Below, one piece after another: positions 1 through 9,900 of a DNA stretch of 64,000 bases. The notes under the pieces were generated by a model that saw nothing but the letters and a program-made list of their open reading frames with translations, did no database searches and was not told the DNA's origin. The position numbers were made by a program, and so were the translations under genes. Every line of letters starts with the position of its first letter. Positions within the stretch are counted from its first letter, which is position 1. Origin of the DNA: Spirochaetota bacterium (GTDB taxonomy: Bacteria; Spirochaetota; Spirochaetia; JABEVK01). The stretch covers positions 3,609 through 67,608 of the forward strand of contig JAIFLN010000019.1 in the NCBI GenBank assembly GCA_020049045.1. The letters run 5' to 3'.

Positions 1-542
1 ACTTGAGGGTCCTCGTGCTGACTGAATCCAACTCCATGACCACAGTACTGATGGACGATTCCAAAACGATGAGGTTTGACGACTTCTGAAACGGCCGTTG
101 CAATCTCCCTTACCCTGCCACCGGCTTTCACGGCACCGATTCCGGCGATCAGGCTGGCCTTGGTGACATTGAGCAGCTTGAGCTCTTCAGCGACAACCGT
201 TCCGATGGGAAGGGTCAGGGCCATGTCCGAAAAGTACCCCTTCAGCTCAATTCCACAATCCAAACTGACGAGGTCACCACTTTTCAATCTCCGATCAGCC
301 TTTGGTATTCCATGGATCACTTCTTGATTGATGGAAATACAAAGTGTTCCCGGAAAGCCCTGGTACCCCTTGAAGGCTGGCTTTCCATCATGACGCCGAA
401 CCCAATCTTCGGCCCACTTATCAAGATCAAGGGTAGAACGACCCTCGACCGCCTGCGCCGGCAGTTCTTGAAACAGACGGGCCAGGAGCTGGCAGGATTC
501 TCGGATACGTGCTAATTGCTCGGTGTTCTTGAGGCGGATCAT
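1..542 (-). CDS. map: Methionine aminopeptidase type I, 5' portion; 3' end lies beyond the window start
   Basis: Minus-strand translation from the ATG at 540-542 gives MIRLKNTEQLARIRESC...YCGHGVGFSQHEDP, with MetAP-I metal-site motifs (GYxSD...T, GHGxG, HE). This gene is not in the ORF track because no stop falls inside the window. Its start overlaps the stop of the upstream TPR gene (ATGA). Confidence 0.8.
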   Translation of the reverse strand, partial: MIRLKNTEQLARIRESCQLLARLFQELPAQAVEGRSTLDLDKWAEDWVRRHDGKPAFKGYQGFPGTLCISINQEVIHGIPKADRRLKSGDLVSLDCGIELKGYFSDMALTLPIGTVVAEELKLLNVTKASLIAGIGAVKAGGRVREIATAVSEVVKPHRFGIVHQYCGHGVGFSQHEDPQ

Positions 543-2266
543 GAGGGTTCCTGAGTTACGGCCAAGGCTTGTCTTAAAAGAAAGGAGGCCCGCAGGTTCT
601 CGGGATCCAGTTGGACAGCTTGTCGAAAATCTTCGATCGCTGCGGAACGAAGGGCGCCCCGAAGGGCCGGCTTTTGGAAAGGGACAAGGGAGGACTGCAA
701 TTCACCCCGCCTCATCAGCCATTGGCTTCGGCGCTGAAGGGATGCCATATCGCTTCCGGGCGGCAAAAGATCAAGAGCTCTGGTCAGTTTTTCCAGAGAA
801 TCATCCAGCAGCGGTTTTCTCTGCTCTTCACCCGAGCGCTGAGCCCGCACCAAGGAAACAAGGGACCAGTTAGCATAGAAGGTGGCGTCCCGCCAAGGCT
901 CTTCTACGGAAGCAAAAGCCTCATCAGATTCAATTAGATTGTCCTCTGCCCCCGCTATCAAAGCGCGCAACAGGCCAACCCACCAGGGGGGTTCTTTTCC
1001 CAGACGCTTGAGAGTATCTTTGTGAATCTCTAATACCCGATGGGCATTGGAATAGTCCCGATCAACCAGCAAGAGCCAGGCAAGACGCTCTGCGAGAGGT
1101 GAGAATTCCGGATGCCGATGAAACAGCGACCAGAGACGCGGCTGCGATGTCCAATCGGGAAAGAGCCGTCCTTTGAGCAACTCAGCCTCGAGAGAAAGAG
1201 CCGACTCGTCGCCTTCCTCAAGGATTCGATCAAGAGCAGTCCTGACGGCTTCCACTTCTCCAAGCTGATACCGCGCTTCCAACACCAGCAAGCGAGCTTT
1301 TTCAGGACCGTCTGAAGGGTTGATCTCCACAAGAAGGGATAACAACTGCAGGGCTTTCCCGGGATCGCCTTCACCGAGAGCCAACGTCGCTCGATTGACT
1401 CCCATGGCAAGGGGCATTTCACGGGGACTGTCTGCCAGCATCTGATCGTAGATGATTTTCGCCTGGTTACGGTCTCCCAGATGCAGATAAACATCAGCAA
1501 GAACCAGAAGTGTGTCTGGACGTCCTTGAGCCAGAGATTTCAGCAACGTGGCAGCGCGTGTCCAATCCCCTTGGTCATAGGCCATCAATCCCTGAAGCCG
1601 GTCAAACGGCGGTAGATCTCTTTGCTCGGGTGTTAAGACACCAAGATAATTTCTCGCCGAATCGAGACGCCCCAAAGAAAGGGCTGCCAGAAGGGCATTT
1701 TTTCGGATTTCTTGGGAGGGGGCTAATTCTGCCAGACGACCATAAAGAACAAAGGATTCTTCTGAGGGTTTATCAAGCACTTCCCCGAGAGCCGACCAGT
1801 CTCCTGTTGCCAAACCATCGGCTTCTATCACCGCCTGTTGAAGGAGCCCCTCCCAAGGCCCGCCAACCAGGACTTTCTTGGCCAGGACGCCCGCCTCTGC
1901 AGGTCGACGATCCTTCAGAAGCGTCCAAACAAGGTAGGCGGCAAGATCGGCATTTCCAGGAAACTGTCGGTAGGCCGCACCGGCAACCTCGGCGGCCCAT
2001 TTCCAATCCTGTGTCCTAACAGCAACGGCGTGGACACGTTTTTCCCACTGAAGCCAGCCGTCAACGGGGAGACTGGATGGAAGAACCTTCAAAGCAGAGC
2101 GGGCCAAGTCCGGTCTATCTTGCAACAAGGCGGCATCAGCTTTAGAAAGCGTGGATAGCCAATCAGCAGGAAGGGAGGGAAACAGTATGGGCCAGGACCA
2201 CCATCCCCCTAGCCCCAGGGAGACAATAAAGAGGAGTGATCCTGTCAAAACCAGGAATTTCCTCAT
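539..2266 (-). CDS. TPR-repeat protein with N-terminal signal/TM segment
   Basis: 575 aa. Hydrophobic N-terminus (LVLTGSLLFIVSLGLGGWW) followed by many ~34-aa Ala/Leu/Tyr-rich helical repeats typical of tetratricopeptide repeats. Confidence 0.6.
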   Translation of the reverse strand: MRKFLVLTGSLLFIVSLGLGGWWSWPILFPSLPADWLSTLSKADAALLQDRPDLARSALKVLPSSLPVDGWLQWEKRVHAVAVRTQDWKWAAEVAGAAYRQFPGNADLAAYLVWTLLKDRRPAEAGVLAKKVLVGGPWEGLLQQAVIEADGLATGDWSALGEVLDKPSEESFVLYGRLAELAPSQEIRKNALLAALSLGRLDSARNYLGVLTPEQRDLPPFDRLQGLMAYDQGDWTRAATLLKSLAQGRPDTLLVLADVYLHLGDRNQAKIIYDQMLADSPREMPLAMGVNRATLALGEGDPGKALQLLSLLVEINPSDGPEKARLLVLEARYQLGEVEAVRTALDRILEEGDESALSLEAELLKGRLFPDWTSQPRLWSLFHRHPEFSPLAERLAWLLLVDRDYSNAHRVLEIHKDTLKRLGKEPPWWVGLLRALIAGAEDNLIESDEAFASVEEPWRDATFYANWSLVSLVRAQRSGEEQRKPLLDDSLEKLTRALDLLPPGSDMASLQRRSQWLMRRGELQSSLVPFQKPALRGALRSAAIEDFRQAVQLDPENLRASFLLRQALAVTQEPS

Positions 2267-2272
2267 GGTTTG

Positions 2273-2692
2273 TTACAGTCCCCGTTCCTTCCGTAAGCCA
2301 TCAAGTACCCCGTTTATGAATCGGTACGAGTCATCGGAAGAGAACCGCTTGGATATGTCGATCGCTTCATCGATGACCACCTTGGGCGGAATCTCCTTGA
2401 CGAAGAGCATCTGAAAAACACTGATGCGAAGAAGGGCCAAATCAACTTTTCCAAGACGGCTGAAATCCCAGTTTCGAAGCTGACCCTGGATGACGGTATC
2501 AATTTCTTCCCAATGCTCAACCGTTCCTGAAATCAGAAACCGAGTAAAAAACAGGACATCCGGCTCGAGTTCTTCCCTTTCTTTGGGTTCCATCCAACCC
2601 AGCGTCAAAAGTTCATCCATCGTCTTTGGATTCACATCCTGGCTGAAAAGACTCTGAAATGCCAAAATGCGGGATTGTCGTCGGCTTCCCAT
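2273..2692 (-). CDS. nusB: Transcription antitermination factor NusB
   Basis: 139 aa, RILAFQSLF...VIDEAIDISKRF...FINGVLDGL; NusB-family size and signature. Confidence 0.75.
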   Translation of the reverse strand: MGSRRQSRILAFQSLFSQDVNPKTMDELLTLGWMEPKEREELEPDVLFFTRFLISGTVEHWEEIDTVIQGQLRNWDFSRLGKVDLALLRISVFQMLFVKEIPPKVVIDEAIDISKRFSSDDSYRFINGVLDGLRKERGL

Positions 2693-2693
2693 T

Positions 2694-3749
2694 TCAGAAG
2701 TTCTGCTCGAAAGTTTTGATCGTGGCCTTCTTTTTCAGACTGTCGCCAATCTCATTGACCATTTTAGCCTGCGCGGTGAGGAGCTTGCGCTGCTGCAACG
2801 TCTGCTGAATGGCGATTCGCACAGTAGTATCATCCTTGCCAGGGTAAACCGATTCGTCGAGGGTCATAAAATGCTTATCGATCTTCTGGGTTACTCTCAC
2901 AATATGCAGCCCTGAGTTGGAGGTTAAAACGGTACTCACCTCGCCTTTCTTCAGTGCGAAAATACCATTCAGGAAATCCCGGCCAAAAAGCGTCAGAAGC
3001 CTCTGTCCTGCCTGAGATTCTACTGTCCGGGGGAGAAAACCGATGTCGCCGTTGAGCCGTGCTGAGTTGGTGTCATCCGATACACCATTGGCCATTTCTT
3101 CAAAAGTAGCCTGACCCGAAGTGATTTTCTTGAGAGTTTCCTCAGCCTTCTTTTGGATCTCGACAAGAGTTCCTTTCGGTTTCACCTTGGTGTCAAAAAA
3201 AATATGGGATACCCGGATATAGTCGGGTGCTGTAAACAAGGCAGTGTTGGAGTCATAAAACTCCTTGATCTCGGATTCCGTCACCGAGATTTTTCCCAAA
3301 TCCTGATATTGAGGAAACTGAACAAAGTATTTGCTGTTGGCCACTTGACGCTTGAGTGCGGCGGTTGCCTCTTCCCAAGTCTGACCCGACTGCTTCTCAA
3401 CTTCCTGCCGGATCTGGGTGTCTGTCAAACCGGGGTTGCTGGCACGAAACTGCTTCAGCAAATCCTCATCCGTGCCTTTGATTCCTTGAGCTTCCATGTC
3501 CATCCGGATCAACTCTGCCGTGATGAGTTCTTGGAGAAGAGCCGTTTTTGTCGTTAAGTCGAGTTTGACCCCTTGAGAAGTCTCCAAACTGGAAACCCTT
3601 TCTCGGAAAGTCTTTTGTGAAACCAAGGAAGACTTTTTGTCGAGCTTGATTGTGGCAACAGGCTGGTCCAAAGTCTGGGCATTCAATCCGACTGCCATGA
3701 GCCAGGTCAGGGCACACCATCCCCATCGTTTCATAGTAATTCCTTGCAT
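2694..3749 (-). CDS. SurA-like periplasmic chaperone / parvulin-type peptidyl-prolyl isomerase
   Basis: Signal peptide (WCALTWLMAVGLNAQ), SurA-N-like helical region, and parvulin PPIase motifs (VSHIFF, SNSGLHIVRV). The true start is probably the MKRW at about 3734. Confidence 0.6.
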   Translation of the reverse strand: MQGITMKRWGWCALTWLMAVGLNAQTLDQPVATIKLDKKSSLVSQKTFRERVSSLETSQGVKLDLTTKTALLQELITAELIRMDMEAQGIKGTDEDLLKQFRASNPGLTDTQIRQEVEKQSGQTWEEATAALKRQVANSKYFVQFPQYQDLGKISVTESEIKEFYDSNTALFTAPDYIRVSHIFFDTKVKPKGTLVEIQKKAEETLKKITSGQATFEEMANGVSDDTNSARLNGDIGFLPRTVESQAGQRLLTLFGRDFLNGIFALKKGEVSTVLTSNSGLHIVRVTQKIDKHFMTLDESVYPGKDDTTVRIAIQQTLQQRKLLTAQAKMVNEIGDSLKKKATIKTFEQNF

Positions 3750-3782
3750 TTCAGAGTATCAGGGGCCCCACCCCCTGTCAAT

Positions 3783-4202
3783 TCAGTCGAGCTTGAGCCG
3801 TTGACCCAGTGCCAAAGCATCTTCCGATTTGGCAAGGAGATCCGAATATCTCAAGAGCATTCCTTCATGCTCGAGAGCTTTCATCAATTTGAGCAGAGTG
3901 GAGTTTGCGCCGATCAGGGCAGGCAGAACAAAAGCAAAGGCCTTTTTGCCTGTGATGATGCCGCCATTGCTCAAGGCAGGTGCCAATTCGGGAGGAAGAA
4001 CACCCTTGATAAGGGAGCGGACATCGCAGCCAACAGCAATATAGTGGTAGCCAGTAAGCTTAGTATCACGCGCTTGAATGCCGTTGATCACGTCAACCTG
4101 GGCACCTTGTTTCTGCATTCCCTTGGACAAGGATTCTGCCAGCAACTTCAATTTTGGCAATTTCGCCGGTTTGGCAAAATAGAGGATCGCAACACGAATC
4201 AT
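3783..4202 (-). CDS. Hypothetical protein (139 aa); no recognisable motif
   Basis: Complete ORF flanked by a terminator upstream (4230-4266) and its own spacer downstream; alternating beta/alpha pattern. Confidence 0.35.
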   Translation of the reverse strand: MIRVAILYFAKPAKLPKLKLLAESLSKGMQKQGAQVDVINGIQARDTKLTGYHYIAVGCDVRSLIKGVLPPELAPALSNGGIITGKKAFAFVLPALIGANSTLLKLMKALEHEGMLLRYSDLLAKSEDALALGQRLKLD

Positions 4203-4229
4203 GGCTTATCTCCCAAAAACTACCATCGA

Positions 4230-4266
4230 AAAAAAAGACTTCTCCAGTTCAACACCGGAGAAGTCG
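4230..4266 (-). terminator. Rho-independent terminator downstream of secG
   Basis: Minus strand: 9-bp stem gacuucucc/ggagaaguc with an 11-nt loop, followed by U8. Confidence 0.5.
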
Positions 4267-4285
4267 GCATGGTTACCGAGAAGAA

Positions 4286-4648
4286 TCAGTTGCCGGCGGC
4301 AGGAACAGTATCCGTAGCAGCAGGAGCTTCCGCAGCGGGCGCGGGCTGAGCATTCCACCATTCCAGGTTTGTTCCACCCTGCTGACGGGCAGCGGCGGCA
4401 ACATCACCCGTGTCAGGAGTCTTGAACAAGACAGCCAAACCGAGGGCAACGACTATGAAAAGTGCCCCAAGAACCGTAGTTGTCTTGGTCAGAACATTCC
4501 CTGAACGGGAACCAAAGGTAGATTGACTTCCACCTCCGAACATTCCAGCCAAACCATCACCTTGCTCATCCTGAATGAGCACCATACCCACCAGAAGAAA
4601 GGCAACAATGACGAAAAAGACTAGAAGAATGATTTCAAGAATACCCAT
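4286..4648 (-). CDS. secG: Preprotein translocase subunit SecG
   Basis: 120 aa, two TM helices and the conserved MFGGGSQSTFGSRSGNVLTKTT core, with an Ala/Pro-rich tail. Confidence 0.8.
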   Translation of the reverse strand: MGILEIILLVFFVIVAFLLVGMVLIQDEQGDGLAGMFGGGSQSTFGSRSGNVLTKTTTVLGALFIVVALGLAVLFKTPDTGDVAAAARQQGGTNLEWWNAQPAPAAEAPAATDTVPAAGN

Positions 4649-4666
4649 GAGAATGTGCTCCCGTTG

Positions 4667-5422
4667 TTATTTGTCGAAGGAAATGATCGGAATGAAAGTT
4701 TCAGCCTTGAGAGCCGCACCACCAACCAAGGCACCGTCGATGTCCGGCATGGCCATTAGTTCCTTCACATTGTCGGGTTTCACCGACCCGCCATACTGAA
4801 TCAACATAGCATCCGCGGCTTTCTTTGTATAGAGTTTGGCTACGGTGTCCCGAATAACCACATGAATGGCATTGGCATCTTGGGGAGTGGCTGTTTTGCC
4901 AGTACCGATAGCCCAGACCGGTTCGTAGGCAATCGTCACCTTGGCAAGGTCGGCTTCGGTCAGCCCAGAAAACGCTTCGGTAGTTTGGCGAATGACCACT
5001 TCGGAGGCCTTGCCCGCTTCGCGCTCTGCCAAGGTTTCCCCGTTGCAATAGATCACTTCAAAACCGTGCTTGAGAGCCAGCTTGATCTTTTCATTCACCA
5101 GTTTATCCGTCTCGTTGTGAAACTGACGGCGCTCCGAATGGCCGAGGATAATCACATCCACACCGAGTTCTTTGAGCATGCCAACCGAAATCTCGCCAGT
5201 TCGGGCACCAGTCTCCAGTGCGGAACAGTCCTGTGCCCCGACGAGAATCGGTGATCCTTTAACGGCTTCCTTGACCGCAGCGATGGCGGTGTACGGGGGG
5301 GCCACAAGAACCCGGTTTTTCGACGCCTTGACGGCGGGGATCAGCGAAGTGGCCAGGGCCTTGGCGTCAGCCAAGGTACCCCAGAGCTTCCAGTTTCCGG
5401 CCAAAAATTTCTGACGAGCCAT
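4667..5422 (-). CDS. tpiA: Triosephosphate isomerase
   Basis: 251 aa; AGNWKL, ILGHSERR and YEPVWAIGTGKTAT active-site motifs. Confidence 0.9.
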   Translation of the reverse strand: MARQKFLAGNWKLWGTLADAKALATSLIPAVKASKNRVLVAPPYTAIAAVKEAVKGSPILVGAQDCSALETGARTGEISVGMLKELGVDVIILGHSERRQFHNETDKLVNEKIKLALKHGFEVIYCNGETLAEREAGKASEVVIRQTTEAFSGLTEADLAKVTIAYEPVWAIGTGKTATPQDANAIHVVIRDTVAKLYTKKAADAMLIQYGGSVKPDNVKELMAMPDIDGALVGGAALKAETFIPIISFDK

Positions 5423-5513
5423 AATTACCTTCCTGAAATGTACTAAAGACCCGGAAACCGGGCACGAAACGGTCCAAGTTTATCGAAAAGCGGGGAGTCT
5501 GGCAACTGCATAC

Positions 5514-7268
5514 CTATAATGTAGGAAGGACCACGCGGAAGCCGCAGGCGCTGCTCCCGCTGGAGGGATTGTTGTAACCGCGACTTGATGAACGTGCATC
5601 AATTGAACTGTCGTACCAGCTACCACCCCTAAAGACTTGGTATAAACCAGCGGAAGGTCCTGGCGGATCGGTCTGCGCCTTGTTGGAGTAGCTGCCTTTC
5701 TTGTCCCAAACCCACTCCCATACATTGCCGCTCACATCAAAAAGCCCCAACTCATTTGGTTTCTTAGTCCCTACTGGCCTGGTCTGACCGCCAGAGTTAC
5801 CATTGCACCATGCGACCTCGTCCGAATTGCCGCTTCCAGCAAAGAGATTGTCATCGGACTGGTTTCCACCCCGGGCTGCGTACTCCCACTCCGCCTCCGT
5901 CGGCAGACGGTAGCCGTTGTTACTTTTATTCCATGTCACGTTGGTGCCATTGATGACATAGGCTGGAGTTCGTTTTTCCAAAATGCTCAGTTTATTGCAA
6001 TACGTTACCGCATCGAACCAAGTCACCGACTCTACAGGAAGTTCGTCACCCTTGAAGCGGCTAGGGTTAGTTCCCATCACCATTTTGTATTGGGCTTGTG
6101 TCACTTCGGTAGCACTGAGGTAAAAGCTGCTCACCGTCACTCTATGAACGGGCTTTTCGTCACTGTTGCCCATCGTACTACCCATTGAGAAGGTGCCTCC
6201 TAGAACGAAAATAAAGCCTTCGGAAGTTTTGGGTTTCAGCGGTGCTTGAACATAGCTGAAACCTACCACTACGGTTTGACCACTTGTGACCGTGAACGTC
6301 TTGTTTTCGATCTGGCCATCGGGGTAGATCATCGTTGCAGGGTAATCCCCTGGGGCCACCTGGTCGACCGGCAATGTGGCATTTGCAGGTAGGTTTAAAG
6401 TGCGGCCCAACAATGTCAGGGTACCACCTGTAGACGTTGATATTTTCAGTGAACCAGGAGGGACAGACAGGAATCCAAACGCTGGCTCTGATGAGGGAGG
6501 TCCGTTGCTAACAGCGTTACCAGCCAAGTACGCTGAGTCGAAAAACTGGTTGTACACCGCCGGGATCTGCAGGTTGCCGCTGACCTTTTTGACATCGGCG
6601 CCGGTACGGTTGAACACATCCTTAATCTCAAGTCCGGCGGTCCCAAGGTGTTTGAGCAACTGGCTGGTGAACAGACCGTTGCGACCTGTCCCGTCTTGGG
6701 CGATGCTTCCGACGCTGGTGGCGTAGGCGATCACGCTACCTGCTGGCTGGTTTGCTACCACGCTAAGTCCCCGGTTACCGCTTCTGGCCCAACCGAAAGG
6801 GTTGTCGCGGCAGGCATCAAGCACGACGACGTTGAGGGCGTTGCGAGATTCCTGCAAGGTGTCGAGGACGGCTTGGGCTGCCAGGGCTTTAGTCTTTAGA
6901 AAACTCTCGCCCTTGATGTCGGCGTCGACTGGGATCAGGTAATTCACCCCGTTGGATTGGACTCCATGGCCCGCATAGAAGAAGAACCCATAGGCACCTT
7001 TGGATTGCCCCAGCTGATTGCCCAGCCGCACGACGGCTGACTCCATATCTCCCAAGGATGCATTTTTGAGAAGATCCACCTCAAAGCCTAAAGTTTTTAA
7101 GCTGACTGCTATGTCGTCGGCGTCGTTGACAGGATTCTTCAGTGGTGAAACCGACGAATAGGCTCCGTTGCCGATCACCAGGGCAAACCTCCCCTGAGCA
7201 AGAAGGCCATTACAAAACAAGGTACCCATTAGCGTTATCAGACAGACCGAAATCACACTTTTTTTCAT
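5514..7268 (-). CDS. Secreted caspase-like (peptidase C14) protein fused to a SUMF1/FGE-sulfatase-like domain
   Basis: 584 aa. Signal peptide (CLITLMGTLFCNGLLAQ). Caspase His/Cys dyad motifs FFFYAGHG and VVLDACRDNPF. A middle beta-rich segment. C-terminal SUMF1-type motifs YRLPTEAEWEYAARGG, FDVSGNVWEWVWD and GGSWYDSS...ACGFRVV. Confidence 0.7.
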   Translation of the reverse strand: MKKSVISVCLITLMGTLFCNGLLAQGRFALVIGNGAYSSVSPLKNPVNDADDIAVSLKTLGFEVDLLKNASLGDMESAVVRLGNQLGQSKGAYGFFFYAGHGVQSNGVNYLIPVDADIKGESFLKTKALAAQAVLDTLQESRNALNVVVLDACRDNPFGWARSGNRGLSVVANQPAGSVIAYATSVGSIAQDGTGRNGLFTSQLLKHLGTAGLEIKDVFNRTGADVKKVSGNLQIPAVYNQFFDSAYLAGNAVSNGPPSSEPAFGFLSVPPGSLKISTSTGGTLTLLGRTLNLPANATLPVDQVAPGDYPATMIYPDGQIENKTFTVTSGQTVVVGFSYVQAPLKPKTSEGFIFVLGGTFSMGSTMGNSDEKPVHRVTVSSFYLSATEVTQAQYKMVMGTNPSRFKGDELPVESVTWFDAVTYCNKLSILEKRTPAYVINGTNVTWNKSNNGYRLPTEAEWEYAARGGNQSDDNLFAGSGNSDEVAWCNGNSGGQTRPVGTKKPNELGLFDVSGNVWEWVWDKKGSYSNKAQTDPPGPSAGLYQVFRGGSWYDSSIDARSSSRGYNNPSSGSSACGFRVVLPTL

Positions 7269-7480
7269 CGTTCCTCTCCGCCTTCACGGAGATTAGCACA
7301 GGTTTACACCCCCCGCAACAAGCGAAGCTACAAAGATAACCAACCGCGAAAATGTAAGGTGACGGAGGCCGTCGTTCTGGCTATGCCGAGCAAGGCGAGC
7401 CCCGCAGGCGTACGATGTGTACGCCGAGGAGCGTAGTCCGCCGCAAGGCGACGCCAGAACGGCGGAATCCGAGCCTTACC

Positions 7481-8740
7481 TTACCTACAGACTTCGATGC
7501 CTGGGAGTTTCTTGCCTTCGAGCAATTCCAGCGAAGCACCGCCACCGGTGGACACGTGGCTCATCTTGTCGGCCAAGCCAAACTTATTCACGGCAGCAAC
7601 AGAGTCACCTCCACCGACCACGGTGGTGGCTCCCCTACCGGTAGCTTCTGCAACCAACATCGCAACGGCCTTGGTGCCCGCAGCAAAGTTGTCGAATTCA
7701 AACACACCTACAGGCCCATTCCAAACAATCGTCTTGGCCTTGGCCAGGACTTCTTTGTACTTGGCGATAGTCTTGGGTCCGACATCCATGCCCATCAAGT
7801 TATCGGGAATATCAACACCTGAGATCGCCACAGCGGGTGCTGCGGAATCAAACTTCTCCGAACCGACATGGTCGACAGGAAGGACAATTTCCGAACCTAG
7901 TTTCTTGGCTGCAGCCAGAATACTTTTGGCGGTATCAATCTGATCATCTTCCACCAGCGACTTTCCGACCGTGTGACCTTGAGCTTTGAGGAAGGTATAG
8001 GCCATTCCACCGCCAATGACGAGAGCACTGGCGTTCTTGAGCAGGCTTTCCAGAACAGCAATTTTCGAACTGACCTTGGCACCACCAATGATGGCTACCA
8101 GGGGCTTGATGGGATTGGTCACAATGGGTTCGAGGTAAGCCACCTCTTTTTCCATCAGGAATCCACCGACACTCACCTTAAGGAACTTGGAGATGCTGGC
8201 AGTGGATGCGTGGTCACGGTGGGCGGTGCCGAAGGCGTCGTTCACGAAAATCTCACCGTAGGTGGCCAACTCCTTGGCCAGCTTGTCACGCTCGGCGGCG
8301 TCGTCACTGGTTTCTTCCTTATGGAACCGGGTGTTCTCCAAAAGGATGACGGTACCGTCTTTCTGGCCTTCGATAAAGGCTTTTTTGCCGAAACAACCAT
8401 CTTCCCCGCCGAAGACCACGGGCTTGCCCAGCTTGCCGGCCAGATATTCTGCCACAGGGGCAAGCCGGTGTTTACCAGTGATGTACTTGACTTCGTCAAA
8501 GGTCTTGCCGTCTTTTTCGGCCTTTTCCTTGGCCTTCTTGGCGTCTTTCTTGGGATCGCCGAGGTGGCTGAACAGGGTGATGGTTTTGGCACCCTTTTCG
8601 AGCAGGTATTGAATGGACGGAATGGCAGCCGTGATCCGGGTGTCATCCTGGACCTTGCCTTCCTTCATAGGAACATTGAAATCAACGCGCATAACAATGC
8701 GCTTGCCTTTCACATCGATGTCTTTGATCGTCTTAATCAT
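7481..8740 (-). CDS. pgk: Phosphoglycerate kinase
   Basis: 419 aa; KRIVMRVDFNVP N-terminus and overall Pgk architecture. Confidence 0.9.
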   Translation of the reverse strand: MIKTIKDIDVKGKRIVMRVDFNVPMKEGKVQDDTRITAAIPSIQYLLEKGAKTITLFSHLGDPKKDAKKAKEKAEKDGKTFDEVKYITGKHRLAPVAEYLAGKLGKPVVFGGEDGCFGKKAFIEGQKDGTVILLENTRFHKEETSDDAAERDKLAKELATYGEIFVNDAFGTAHRDHASTASISKFLKVSVGGFLMEKEVAYLEPIVTNPIKPLVAIIGGAKVSSKIAVLESLLKNASALVIGGGMAYTFLKAQGHTVGKSLVEDDQIDTAKSILAAAKKLGSEIVLPVDHVGSEKFDSAAPAVAISGVDIPDNLMGMDVGPKTIAKYKEVLAKAKTIVWNGPVGVFEFDNFAAGTKAVAMLVAEATGRGATTVVGGGDSVAAVNKFGLADKMSHVSTGGGASLELLEGKKLPGIEVCR

Positions 8741-8806
8741 GTTTTGCTCCTTGGATGTAAAAAAGGCCCCCGGTGAAGGGAGCCTTTCTCGAGTTCTGGT
8801 TTCGAA

Positions 8807-9841
<1,035 letters not shown>

Positions 9842-9859
9842 TTACCGATTCATTCTATG

Positions 9860-9894
9860 AAAAACGGTGATTTCTGTCAATGTCACCCCGTTTG
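9860..9894 (-). terminator. Putative rho-independent terminator after the TPR/ybeX/ybeY/ybeZ co-directional block
   Basis: Minus strand: imperfect stem aaacgg(g)guga / ucaccguuu followed by UUUUU, immediately after the TPR gene stop at 9901 and before the gap promoter region. Confidence 0.4.
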
Positions 9895-9900
9895 CAACCA

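Noticed and set aside
5448-5463. Short hairpin cccgg-aaa-ccggg downstream of the caspase-SUMF1 gene, considered as a terminator
   Set aside because: Only a 5-bp stem and a 3-U tail on the transcribed strand make it weak. It is kept as context in findings but is not annotated as a feature.
7973-8776. 267-aa plus-strand ORF antisense to pgk; similar long antisense ORFs at 42974..44155 (393 aa, antisense to secA), 9398..9832, 13320..13976 and 17914..18591
   Set aside because: Each lies entirely within a well-supported housekeeping gene on the opposite strand. They are low-complexity, Gly/Arg/Pro-rich and have no motifs, which is the typical GC-rich antisense artefact.
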